Positions 18,767 to 27,743 of a stretch of 64,000 bases of DNA are shown here, one piece after another (position 1 is the first letter of the stretch; each line of letters begins with the position of its first letter). Origin of the DNA: Gammaproteobacteria bacterium (lineage in GTDB: Bacteria; Pseudomonadota; Gammaproteobacteria; GCA-001735895). The notes under the pieces were generated by a model. The model had not been told where the DNA came from. It was given only the letters and a program-made list of their open reading frames with translations, and searched no databases. The stretch is from NCBI GenBank assembly GCA_024638385.1, contig JAHEKJ010000001.1:23838-87837 (forward strand), given 5' to 3'. Both the position numbers and the translations under genes were made by a program.

Positions 18767-19981
18767 CGCCTTTTCGCGCTTGATCAGCGCGAGCCGCTCG
18801 CGGCGAATCGCGTCGCCGAGCGCCTTGCCTTCGAGCCCGCGATCGCGCAGCGATGCGTGGTCGGCTTCGCGCAGGCGCGCGGCGAGGCGGGCGAAGTAAT
18901 CGGCCTGCGGGTAGTCGCGATTCTCGAAGCCGGTGCGCCCGCGCACGTCGGCGAGGCAGGCGTCGAGCATTTTCCGGAAGCGCTCGGGCTTGCGCAGGCA
19001 GTCGGCGCGCAACAGCACCTCGAGCAACGTTTGCGGGCGCAGCTCGAAGGCGCGGTGCACGAGGGTGTGAAACTCGGTCGTGATCAGCGCGAGTTCGCGG
19101 TGCGCGCGCGGCACCCGCCAGCGCCGGCAGAATGCGGCGACGAGGTCCTTGCCACGCGCTTCGTGGCCGCGATGGCCCGGCAGGATGTCGGCCGGCGTCG
19201 TCGCCTTGCCGAGATCGTGCATCAACACCGCGAAGCGGGTCTCGTTGTCGAAGCCGAGCAGCGCGCTCTGCTTGAGCGCCATCATCAGGTGTACGCCGGT
19301 GTCGACTTCGGGGTGGTATCTGGCGGTTTGCGGCACGCCGTAGAGCGCGTCGATTTCCGGAAACAGGCGCACGAGCACACCGCAGTCGCGCAGAGTCGTG
19401 AAAAACACGTCGGGGTCGGGTTCGTCGAGCGCGCGCGACAGTTCCTGCCAGACGCGTTCCGGCACCAGCGCCTCGAGTTCGCCCGATTCACCGATTTGCC
19501 GGATCAGTTCGCGGGTTTCGTCGGCCACGCGAAACCCGAACCGGTGCAGCCGCGCGGCAAAACGGGCGACGCGCAGGACCCGCACCGGGTCCTCGACGAA
19601 GGCCGGCGAGACGTGGCGCAGCAGGCGCGCGTCGAGGTCGCGCCGGCCGCCGTAGGGATCGATGATTTCGCCGTCCTCGGTCTCGGCCATCGCGTTGATC
19701 GTCAGGTCGCGGCGCTGCAGGTCCTGCTCGATCGTGGTCGCCGGATCGAAGCTGACCTCGAATCCGCGGTAGCCCGGGCCGGTCTTGCGTTCGCTGCGTG
19801 CGAGCGCGTACTCCTGCTTGCTCTCGGGGTGCAGAAAGACCGGGAAATCCTTGCCGATCGACTTGAAGCCGGCGGCCGCCATCTCGTCGACGGTGGCGCC
19901 GGTGACGACCCAGTCGATGTCCTGTACGGTAAGGCCGAGCAGGCGGTCGCGAACGCAACCGCCGACGCGGTATGCCTTCAT
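18737..19981 (-). CDS. cca: Multifunctional CCA tRNA nucleotidyltransferase (with HD domain)
   Basis: Y.VGGCVRD.LLG, D.DWVV, YALAR.ERK, DL.RRDLTINA, EDP.RVLR.ARF, HPEVDTG.H, HDLGK. Confidence 0.96.
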   Translation of the reverse strand: MKAYRVGGCVRDRLLGLTVQDIDWVVTGATVDEMAAAGFKSIGKDFPVFLHPESKQEYALARSERKTGPGYRGFEVSFDPATTIEQDLQRRDLTINAMAETEDGEIIDPYGGRRDLDARLLRHVSPAFVEDPVRVLRVARFAARLHRFGFRVADETRELIRQIGESGELEALVPERVWQELSRALDEPDPDVFFTTLRDCGVLVRLFPEIDALYGVPQTARYHPEVDTGVHLMMALKQSALLGFDNETRFAVLMHDLGKATTPADILPGHRGHEARGKDLVAAFCRRWRVPRAHRELALITTEFHTLVHRAFELRPQTLLEVLLRADCLRKPERFRKMLDACLADVRGRTGFENRDYPQADYFARLAARLREADHASLRDRGLEGKALGDAIRRERLALIKREKALLRDDPGQS

Positions 19982-20937
19982 GCAGAATCCTCGGGCGGCA
20001 GGTTCTTGCGCAGGCGGTCGTAGTGCGACTTGTTGCCGTGCATCACGGCGAGACCGCGAATGTGCTGGCGCAGGCTGGTCGGGCACAGGCGGCTGCCGTC
20101 GGGGCAGACGTTGTCGGTTTGCAGCGAGCGGTAATTGTCGAGCGTGAACAGCTTGCCCGGCAGGTTTTGCAAAACCAGCGCCTGCAACTTCGACAGGCCC
20201 TTGCCCAGCGGCACGACGCGCACCGGCAGATCGAGCGTTTCGATGATCAACTCGATGATCTGCCGCAGCGTGAAGACTTCGGGCCCGCAGACCGGGAAGC
20301 GTTTCGAGTAGCTGTCGCGATCGTCGATTACCTCGACGATGCGCGCGACCAGGTCGCCGACGTATACCGGCGCGAGCTTGCTGTCGGCGCAGGCGAGCGG
20401 AAACAGGCCGACGTAAATGCGCAGAATGCCGGCGAAACGGTTGACGAAACTGTCTTCCTTGCCGAACACGACCGACGGCTGGAAGCTGGTCACGTGCAGG
20501 CCGCGCTGGCCGAGCGTATGCAGCAGGTTCTCGCCTTCGCCCTTGGTGCGCAGATACAGGCTGGAACCGGTTGCCTGGTCGGCGCCGAGCGCGCTCAGGT
20601 GCAGCAGCCGGTCGATGCCGGTCGCGTTGCAGGCTTCGACCAGGAGCTTTACGAAATCGACATGGAAACGGCGGAAATCGCCCTTGCGGCGTTCGTGCAG
20701 TATCCCGATCAGGTTGATCACGACGTGCTGGCCGGCGCACAGTCGCTGCAGGTTCTCGGGGTCGATCACGTTCGCTTCGAGCAGGCGGATGTTCGGATGC
20801 ACCAGCAGCGCGCGGTTGCGGTGCGGGCGGCGGCTCGGTACGGTTACTCGCCAGCCGCGGTTGGCGAGCCCGTAGGCGAGGCGCCTGCCGATAAACCCGC
20901 TGCCGCCGACCAGCAGGATGTTTCGAGGTTCTTTCAC
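19978..20937 (-). CDS. Complex I NDUFA9-like NAD-dependent epimerase family protein
   Basis: GGSGFIG, VINLIGILHE, H.SALGA, S.YLRTK..GE, PSVVFG.ED. Confidence 0.88.
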   Translation of the reverse strand: MKEPRNILLVGGSGFIGRRLAYGLANRGWRVTVPSRRPHRNRALLVHPNIRLLEANVIDPENLQRLCAGQHVVINLIGILHERRKGDFRRFHVDFVKLLVEACNATGIDRLLHLSALGADQATGSSLYLRTKGEGENLLHTLGQRGLHVTSFQPSVVFGKEDSFVNRFAGILRIYVGLFPLACADSKLAPVYVGDLVARIVEVIDDRDSYSKRFPVCGPEVFTLRQIIELIIETLDLPVRVVPLGKGLSKLQALVLQNLPGKLFTLDNYRSLQTDNVCPDGSRLCPTSLRQHIRGLAVMHGNKSHYDRLRKNLPPEDSA

Positions 20938-22223
20938 ACCGCTTTCTGTTTACCTTGCGAGTGTCGCGGCGGACCCTTGCGGCGACGCGGCCGCGACGAT
21001 TTTTTACCGTCCCTCGGTCGAATCCGATTGCCTTTCATCTTGATCGGACGTTTCGGCTTCACCAGCAAGTCCTCGGTGATCGGCGCGGTCGGGATCGACT
21101 GTCCGGTGTACTCCTCGATATCGATCAGGTTCATCGCGTAGTTTTCGCAGGCGAAGCTGACCGCGGCGCCCGATTTGCCGGCGCGCGCGGTGCGGCCGAT
21201 CCGGTGCACGTAATCCTCGCCGAGCTCGGGTAAATCATAGTTGAAAACGTGGCTGACGTCGGGGATGTGCAGACCGCGTGACGCGACGTCGGTCGCCACC
21301 AGGATCGAGTACTCGCCGTCGTGGAATTTTTTCAGCAAGGATTCGCGCTTGTTCTGGTGGATGTCGCCGGAGATGATCGCCGCGGCGAGGTCGTTGCCCT
21401 GCAGGTATTCCCAGATGCGGATGGTCGCGTACTTGGTGTTGGCGAAGATTATGGCGCGCGACGGTTCGAGGCTTTTGATCAGGCCGAGCAGCAACGGGAT
21501 CTTTTCGTGGTTGGCCGGGTGGTAAACGGTTTGTTCGATGCGGTCGACCGCCGGGGTGTCGGCATCTATCGTGATCAGCTCGGCCTCGTTCATGTGCTCG
21601 TAGGCGAGTTCCATGACCTTTTGCGCCATCGTCGCCGACCACAGCATGTTGATGCGCTCCACAGGCGGCGGCAGGCGGCGCAGCATGTAGCGCACGTCGG
21701 CGATGAATCCCATGTCGAACATGCGGTCGGCCTCGTCGAGCACCATCGCCTCGATCGCCGTGAAATTGAACAGCTTTTGCTTGAAGAAATCGATCAGTCG
21801 GCCCGGCGTGCCGATCAGGATATCGACCGGTTCGTCGAACTGCCGCTTCTGCTGCTCGTAGGCCTTGCCGCCGTAGCAAATCGCGAGCTTGAGCGGCAGG
21901 TCGGCCAGCAGGCGGTCGGCGTCCTTGTGGATCTGGATCGCGAGTTCGCGCGTCGGCGCGAGGATCAGCGTGCGCGGCCGGCCCCGCTCGGTTTCGCGTT
22001 CGGACTGCAGCAGGCGCTGGGCGCAGGCCAGCAGGAACGCGAGCGTCTTGCCGGTGCCGGTCTGCGCCTGGCCGGCGACGTCGTGGCCGGCCAGCAGGCG
22101 CGGCAGCGCCTGGGCCTGGATCGGGGTGCAGTATTCGAAGTCGAGCCGATCGAGCGCGGCCTTGAGGCGAGGATCGAGGGGTAAGGAGCCGAAGGGCTGC
22201 TCGGTCAGATGTTGTTGAGCCAT
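20934..22223 (-). CDS. rhlB: DEAD-box RNA helicase RhlB
   Basis: CTPIQ, AQTGTGKT, PTRELA.Q, LDEADRMFD, HRIGRTAR; divergent from trxA-rho. Confidence 0.9.
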   Translation of the reverse strand: MAQQHLTEQPFGSLPLDPRLKAALDRLDFEYCTPIQAQALPRLLAGHDVAGQAQTGTGKTLAFLLACAQRLLQSERETERGRPRTLILAPTRELAIQIHKDADRLLADLPLKLAICYGGKAYEQQKRQFDEPVDILIGTPGRLIDFFKQKLFNFTAIEAMVLDEADRMFDMGFIADVRYMLRRLPPPVERINMLWSATMAQKVMELAYEHMNEAELITIDADTPAVDRIEQTVYHPANHEKIPLLLGLIKSLEPSRAIIFANTKYATIRIWEYLQGNDLAAAIISGDIHQNKRESLLKKFHDGEYSILVATDVASRGLHIPDVSHVFNYDLPELGEDYVHRIGRTARAGKSGAAVSFACENYAMNLIDIEEYTGQSIPTAPITEDLLVKPKRPIKMKGNRIRPRDGKKSSRPRRRKGPPRHSQGKQKAV

Positions 22224-22372
22224 AGGCGGGTGGAATTTGTCTGCAGGTGTGCGTAATCGGACTATGGTAGCAAATTGCTTGCAAACCTGCGCAGGCATTT
22301 GATTTATCATTGAAACGTCCCCATCTGGGGTTGGATAAAGGCCGAATCCTTACCCGTTTGTGCAAAAATTCG

Positions 22373-22406
22373 CATTATTGACAGTTAATAATGATGCGTC
22401 TAAATT
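22373..22406 (+). promoter_or_regulatory. Sigma70 promoter of trxA with overlapping palindrome
   Basis: TTGACA (22378-83), 17 bp, TAAATT (22401-06); near-perfect inverted repeat cattattgac-a-gttaataatg. Confidence 0.6.
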
Positions 22407-22446
22407 GTCGGTCTGTTTGACTGAGCCTAAGTAGCCGGAGAACTCC

Positions 22447-22773
22447 GTGAGCGAAAAAATTGTGTACTTGTCCGACGATACCTTCGAAGCCGACGTGCTG
22501 CAGTCGGAGCGTCCCGTGCTGGTCGACTACTGGGCCGAGTGGTGCGGTCCGTGCAAGATGATCGCGCCGATTCTCGAGGAGATCGCGGAAGAGTACGATG
22601 GTCGGCTTACGGTGGCCAAGCTCAACATCGACGACAACGCCGACACGCCGCCGAAGTACGGGATCCGCGGGATCCCGACGCTGATGCTGTTCAAGGACGG
22701 TGCAGTCGAGGCCACCAAGGTCGGCGCGCTCTCCAAATCACAATTGACCGCATTTCTCGACAGCAATATCTAG
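22447..22773 (+). CDS. trxA: Thioredoxin 1
   Basis: [22 protein letters not shown]. Confidence 0.98.
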   Translation: MSEKIVYLSDDTFEADVLQSERPVLVDYWAEWCGPCKMIAPILEEIAEEYDGRLTVAKLNIDDNADTPPKYGIRGIPTLMLFKDGAVEATKVGALSKSQLTAFLDSNI

Positions 22774-22957
22774 GCCCGAATCGATTAGGCAAAAAGGGTC
22801 GTCGGCGAGGTAGACGACCCCGGATTCGTGTGCTAACCTCGATGTAATCGTTGCCGGATTCCCCTCGGCAATCTCCTGTTAAAACGAAAATTCCAGACCG
22901 TACCCGCAGACTGTCCGACGTCTTGTTCACCCAACCCTGCATTAGGGCTCCCCGATA

Positions 22958-24214
22958 ATGAATCTGAATGATCTGAAGCAAAACACCGTTCCCGAATTGA
23001 TCGACACCTTGAAGGATATGGGGGGCGACCACTCGGCGCGAATGCGCCGCCAGGACATCATCTTCAGCATCTTGAAGGCGCAGGCCAAGAAGGGCGAAGA
23101 CATCTTCAGCGAGGGCGTGCTGGAAATCCTGCAGGACGGCTTCGGTTTCCTGCGCTCGGCCGACAGCTCTTACCTCGCCGGGCCCGACGATATCTACGTG
23201 TCGCCGAGCCAGATCCGGCGCTTCAACCTGCGCACCGGGGATACGATCAGCGGCAAGATCCGCCCGCCGAAGGACAACGAGCGTTATTTCGCGCTGCTCA
23301 AGGTCGACGAAATCAACTTCGACCTGCCGGAGAACGTCAAGCACAAGGTCCTGTTCGAAAACCTGACGCCGCTGCACCCCAATGAACGGCTCGAACTCGA
23401 ACGCGGCAACGGCAGCACCGAGGACATCACCGCGCGTATCATCGACCTGGTGTCGCCGATCGGCAAGGGCCAGCGCGGCCTGGTCGTGTCGCCGCCGAAG
23501 GCCGGTAAGACCCTGATGCTGCAAAACATCGCGCAGAGTATCGCCAGCAACCACCCCGAGTGCTACCTGATCGTGCTGCTGATCGACGAGCGGCCGGAAG
23601 AGGTCACCGAGATGGAGCGCATGGTCAAGGGCGAGGTCGTCGCGTCGACCTTCGACGAGCCGGCCAGCCGCCACGTGCAGGTCGCCGAGATGGTCATCGA
23701 GAAGGCCAAGCGCCTGGTCGAGCACAAGCGCGACGTCGTCATCCTGCTCGACTCGATCACGCGCCTCGCGCGCGCCTACAACACGACGATCCCGTCGTCG
23801 GGCAAGGTTCTGACCGGCGGCGTCGATGCGCACGCGCTGCACCGGCCGAAGCGTTTCTTCGGCGCCGCGCGCAACATCGAGGAGGGCGGCAGCCTGACGA
23901 TTCTCGCGACCGCGCTGGTCGAGACCGGTTCGAAGATGGACGAGGTCATCTACGAGGAATTCAAGGGCACCGGCAACATGGAAATCCACCTCGATCGCCG
24001 CATCGCCGAGAAGCGCGTGTTCCCGGCGATCAACATCAACCGCTCCGGCACCCGCCGCGAGGAGCTCCTGCTCGACCAGGAAGAGCTGCAAAAGGTCTGG
24101 ATCCTGCGCAAGTTCCTGCATTCGATGGACGAGATCGAAGCGATGGAGTTCGTCCTCGGCCGCATGCAGTCGAGCAAGACCAACCTCGAATTCTTCGACC
24201 AGATGAAGAAGTAG
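22958..24214 (+). CDS. rho: Transcription termination factor Rho
   Basis: [47 protein letters not shown]. Confidence 0.99.
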   Translation: MNLNDLKQNTVPELIDTLKDMGGDHSARMRRQDIIFSILKAQAKKGEDIFSEGVLEILQDGFGFLRSADSSYLAGPDDIYVSPSQIRRFNLRTGDTISGKIRPPKDNERYFALLKVDEINFDLPENVKHKVLFENLTPLHPNERLELERGNGSTEDITARIIDLVSPIGKGQRGLVVSPPKAGKTLMLQNIAQSIASNHPECYLIVLLIDERPEEVTEMERMVKGEVVASTFDEPASRHVQVAEMVIEKAKRLVEHKRDVVILLDSITRLARAYNTTIPSSGKVLTGGVDAHALHRPKRFFGAARNIEEGGSLTILATALVETGSKMDEVIYEEFKGTGNMEIHLDRRIAEKRVFPAININRSGTRREELLLDQEELQKVWILRKFLHSMDEIEAMEFVLGRMQSSKTNLEFFDQMKK

Positions 24215-24316
24215 GCGGGGCCGTCGTCCCGCCGTCGCCGGCAACGTCGACTACAGAATTATCCCGCCGCGCCGGCATTCGGTTAATTCCGAATCCCTCG
24301 CTTCCGTATCGCGCAT

Positions 24317-24350
24317 AAAAAACCGGCACCCTCGCTCCCGGGGATGCCGG
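24317..24350 (-). terminator. Intrinsic terminator of the GNPH-repeat gene
   Basis: Minus strand ccggcatccccgggagcgagggtgccgg followed by tttttt, about 20 nt after the stop. Confidence 0.7.
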
Positions 24351-24370
24351 AACCCTGAAACAAACTGCGA

Positions 24371-24661
24371 CTAGTTCGAGCTCGCTACCGTCAGCGGCGC
24401 GATTTCGAAGCCGGCGTGCGGGTTGGCCTGCGTCTTCGCGACGCGCAAGACCTTGAACTCGATGCCTTCGTGAGGGTTGCCGCGGTAGCGTTCGACATAA
24501 CGCGTGGTCGTCGTAGTCGCGTCGAGGTGCGGATTGCCCTGGAAGCGCGCGACCTGGGCCGTGGCTTCAGTCGGATCCAGGTGCGGATTGCCTTGCGCCA
24601 ATGCCTGGCCGGTGGTCAGGGTGACGACTGCTGCGATTGTGATCAGGTTTGCGATTTTCAT
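24371..24661 (-). CDS. Small secreted protein with four GNPH-type repeats, unknown function
   Basis: AGAGGAG RBS, Sec signal MKIANLITIAAVVTLTTGQALA, repeats QGNPH/QGNPH/RGNPH/QANPH at 18-19 aa period, own terminator. Confidence 0.85.
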   Translation of the reverse strand: MKIANLITIAAVVTLTTGQALAQGNPHLDPTEATAQVARFQGNPHLDATTTTTRYVERYRGNPHEGIEFKVLRVAKTQANPHAGFEIAPLTVASSN

Positions 24662-24932
24662 GGTTTGCTCCTCTTTGCCTGTTCGGGTGCGTTTCGTAGC
24701 GCTTCGATGTCGATCGAATTTCCGGCTGCGATGACGCGGTCCATTCGAGCAGATAGCGTCGGAAAAATGATCGCCGCGCGGCGATGCTCTCGCGACTTTT
24801 TTACGACGAAAATATCGAGAGCAAAAAAAACTATAAATATCAGCGATTTACTGCTGAGGTTGCCGGCGCCGCGATTTTCTTGGGGGGCGCAGTGGGTATA
24901 TACTGGCGCCAGCGACGGGAAACCCGAACATC

Positions 24933-27125
24933 ATGGAGCAGCGTTTACCTGCGATCGAGGATTTGACCGACACCACCTGGGTGATTGCGGGCTGGTCGGT
25001 TCACCCCGCAACGCTGCGGATCGACAACGGTGACCGGAACGTCAAACTCGAGCCCAAGGTCATGGCGGTGCTCGAGTATCTTCTGCAACACCCGGGCCAG
25101 GTCGTCAGCCGGCAAGACCTCGAGGCAGCCGTCTGGACCGGCACCGTGGTCGGTTACGACGCGATCAGCAACGCGATCATCAAGCTGCGCAAGGCCTTCG
25201 GCGACGATGCGCAGAACCCGCAGGTAATCGAAACCATTCCCAAGGCCGGCTATCGCCTGATCGCGCCGGTGGATCGCCCGACCAGGGACGATCCGGAAAC
25301 TCCGCGCGAGGAACCGGGGCCGGCGGCCGGCGACATGGTCGGGGGCCAGCCCGCGGCGACCGAAGCGCAACCTTCCACATCCCGAAACCGGCTTGCCGCG
25401 GCGATACTACTGCCGGCGGCTTTACTGGGGCTGGTCGCACTGGTCTGGTTCGAGCCCTGGGCGCCCGAAGTCGAGGCCGCCGTACCGGAGCGCATGGCTT
25501 ATACGCTGCCGGACAAGCCGTCGATCGCGGTGCTGCCATTCGTCAATATCAGCGCCGATCCCGCGCAGGAATACTTCGTCGACGGCATGACCGAGGATCT
25601 GATCACCGACCTGTCGAAGCTATCGGGGCTGTTCGTCGTCGCGCGCAACTCGGTCTTCACCTACAAGGGCAGGGCGGTCAAGATCGGCCGCGTCGCCGAG
25701 GAACTCGGCGTGCGCTACGTGCTAGAGGGTAGCGTGCGCCGCGTCGGTGACGACGTGCGCATCAACGCGCAGCTCATCGACGCGTTGAGCGGCGGCCACG
25801 TCTGGGCCGAGCGTTACGATGGTGAATTGGGAGACATTTTTACGCTGCAAGATCAGATTACTCGCAACATAGTGAGCGAACTTGCCTCGAGTCTCGATAT
25901 CGACGAGGGTTTGGCTGCGCTTGCTCCGCCGTTGGTCAATGCCGAGGCCTACGATCTTTATCTGAAAGGCTGGGGATACTATCGCGCCGGCAGTCCCGAG
26001 GATTACGGCAAGGCGGTGGATCTCTATCAACGCGCCCTGGATATCGACCCGGACTTCGCGCGCGCCCGCGCGGCGCTGGCCGCGGTTCTGGTGGATATGC
26101 ATCAGAAACGCTGGTGGCAGGAGAGCCTGGGTATTATCGAATACGATTCCTTCGAGCGCGCTCGACAGGCACTGAAACGGTCGCGAGAGTTGCCGACGGC
26201 GTTGACTCACCAGGCCGCCTCCGAATGGTACGCCTTCTATGACGGTAGCTCGAAGCGAGCGCTCGAAGAAGCCGAGCAGGCGATCGAAAACAATCCGAAC
26301 GATCCGGCGGGGCACCTGGCAATGGCTTATGCGCTGCTCAAGGACGGTCGGGCAGTCGAGGCCGAAAGGCCGATGCGCACGGCGATGCGGCTCGATCCGC
26401 ACTATCCGCCGAAATTTCTTTATCGCCTCGGGCAGATCCAGTTTCATCTCAAACGATATGACTCGGCGGTCGAGTCGCTGGAACAAGCGATCGCGCGCAA
26501 CCCGAACGACGACTGGATGCTGCTGTACCTGGCGGCCAGCTACGGCAAACTGGAGCAGAAGGAGAAGGGTCTCGAAGCGCTCGCGCGCGCCAACGAACTA
26601 CGCGCGAAACAGGGCTGGGGGCCGGTTACCCAACTCGCAATATCTCATCAGTATTTCGGCTGGCGAGGCGATCTCCGTGAATTGAAGGATGGCTTGCGAG
26701 CGATCGACACGCCGTCCGGCGGCGAGTGGTACCGCCTGATTTCGCAACAAACAGACTTCGAACCACCACGCGTCGACGGGGCGACGACCATCGACATGCG
26801 CGAAGCCCGGGCCATGCAGGAACGCGGCGTTTTGTTTATCGACACCAGCTTAAAATGGATCCAGGAGCGGATTCCGGGTTCCGTTTTTCTCGAACTCTGG
26901 AAAGGAGAAGGATACCGGTTCAATGAAAACGCATTGCGCCAGTACGCCGACTTCGATGACGAAATCGTAATTTATAGTTCGAGTGGGCAAGACCGGCGTG
27001 TTGGCAGAGAAGCAGCGATGGGAGCGGCCATTGCAATAGCGGGGGGATTCAAAAATATTTTCTACTTTCCGGGAGGGCTGGATGCCTGGAAAGAGGCCGG
27101 TTACCCGGTTGAGCGCCCCGAATAA
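24933..27125 (+). CDS. Membrane-anchored ToxR/CadC-like regulator: winged helix - TM - TolB-N-like - TPR - rhodanese-like
   Basis: LEPKVMAVL..L..HPGQVVSRQDL...VW, I.KLRKAFGD...IETIPKAGYRL; TM AAILLPAALLGLVALVWF; SIAVLPFVNIS, DGMTEDLITDLS, YVLEGSVRR; TPR helices; C-terminal RIPGS...YFPGGLDAWKEAGYPV. Confidence 0.88.
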   Translation: MEQRLPAIEDLTDTTWVIAGWSVHPATLRIDNGDRNVKLEPKVMAVLEYLLQHPGQVVSRQDLEAAVWTGTVVGYDAISNAIIKLRKAFGDDAQNPQVIETIPKAGYRLIAPVDRPTRDDPETPREEPGPAAGDMVGGQPAATEAQPSTSRNRLAAAILLPAALLGLVALVWFEPWAPEVEAAVPERMAYTLPDKPSIAVLPFVNISADPAQEYFVDGMTEDLITDLSKLSGLFVVARNSVFTYKGRAVKIGRVAEELGVRYVLEGSVRRVGDDVRINAQLIDALSGGHVWAERYDGELGDIFTLQDQITRNIVSELASSLDIDEGLAALAPPLVNAEAYDLYLKGWGYYRAGSPEDYGKAVDLYQRALDIDPDFARARAALAAVLVDMHQKRWWQESLGIIEYDSFERARQALKRSRELPTALTHQAASEWYAFYDGSSKRALEEAEQAIENNPNDPAGHLAMAYALLKDGRAVEAERPMRTAMRLDPHYPPKFLYRLGQIQFHLKRYDSAVESLEQAIARNPNDDWMLLYLAASYGKLEQKEKGLEALARANELRAKQGWGPVTQLAISHQYFGWRGDLRELKDGLRAIDTPSGGEWYRLISQQTDFEPPRVDGATTIDMREARAMQERGVLFIDTSLKWIQERIPGSVFLELWKGEGYRFNENALRQYADFDDEIVIYSSSGQDRRVGREAAMGAAIAIAGGFKNIFYFPGGLDAWKEAGYPVERPE

Positions 27126-27152
27126 TCGAATGAGTTTCACGCGGTTGTTGCA

Positions 27153-27662
27153 GTGACCCGGGTTCGATCCTTCGCGCCGGTGATCGGTATCGAACCGTGC
27201 ATCGTCATTCTCGGCAGCATGCCCGGCGTCGCGTCGCTCGAAGCGGTGCAGTACTATGCGCATCCGCGCAACGCGTTCTGGCCGATCATGGGCGAGCTGT
27301 TCGGCATCGACCCGGCTGCCGACTACGATTCCCGCATCCGCCAGATGCAGGCCCTGCCGCTGATCCTGTGGGACTCGCTGCAAGCTTGCCACCGGCCCGG
27401 CAGTCTCGATTCAAACATAGACCACGCCAGCGCCGTGGCTAACGACTTCCCGTGGCTATTGCGCGAATTCCCGGACATCCGCGCCATCTGCTGTAACGGC
27501 GCAACTTCGGAGAAATACTTTCGCAAGTTGACGCTGCCGCTATTGCCGCAACCGCCCCGTTTCGAACTTGTCCGGATGCCGTCGACCAGCCCCGCCAACG
27601 CCGGCATGAACTTCGAACAAAAACTCGCCGCCTGGCGCCGCCTCCTCGACTACATTAATTAG
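27153..27662 (+). CDS. DNA-deoxyinosine (hypoxanthine) glycosylase, UDG superfamily
   Basis: ILGSMPG..SL...QYYAHPRNAFW, GSLDS.I, NG, MPSTSPAN. Confidence 0.88.
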   Translation: MTRVRSFAPVIGIEPCIVILGSMPGVASLEAVQYYAHPRNAFWPIMGELFGIDPAADYDSRIRQMQALPLILWDSLQACHRPGSLDSNIDHASAVANDFPWLLREFPDIRAICCNGATSEKYFRKLTLPLLPQPPRFELVRMPSTSPANAGMNFEQKLAAWRRLLDYIN

Positions 27663-27743
27663 GGGGACAGTTTACCTGATTACCGTAATTTCGCCCCGTT
27701 TTGGTGCATAGTTAGGGTAATCAGGTAAACTGTCCCCCTAATT
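27657..27743. repeat. Palindromic REP/MITE-like element, copy 2
   Basis: Perfect 28-bp arms aattagggggacagtttacctgattacc / ggtaatcaggtaaactgtccccctaatt around a TGGTGCATAGTT core. Confidence 0.88.

Noticed and set aside
22308-22326. TTGAAA...CCCCAT resembling a sigma-32 promoter
   Set aside because: Spacer is far shorter than the 13-14 bp required
24420-24600. Short direct repeats considered as a CRISPR array
   Set aside because: Repeats are in-frame, degenerate at codon level and encode the GNPH motifs; no cas genes
24785-24823. 8-bp inverted repeat tgctctcg/cgagagca in the divergent promoter region of the GNPH gene and regulator
   Set aside because: Short, with a long spacer and the T-tract on the wrong side for a terminator; could be chance, so not called as a site
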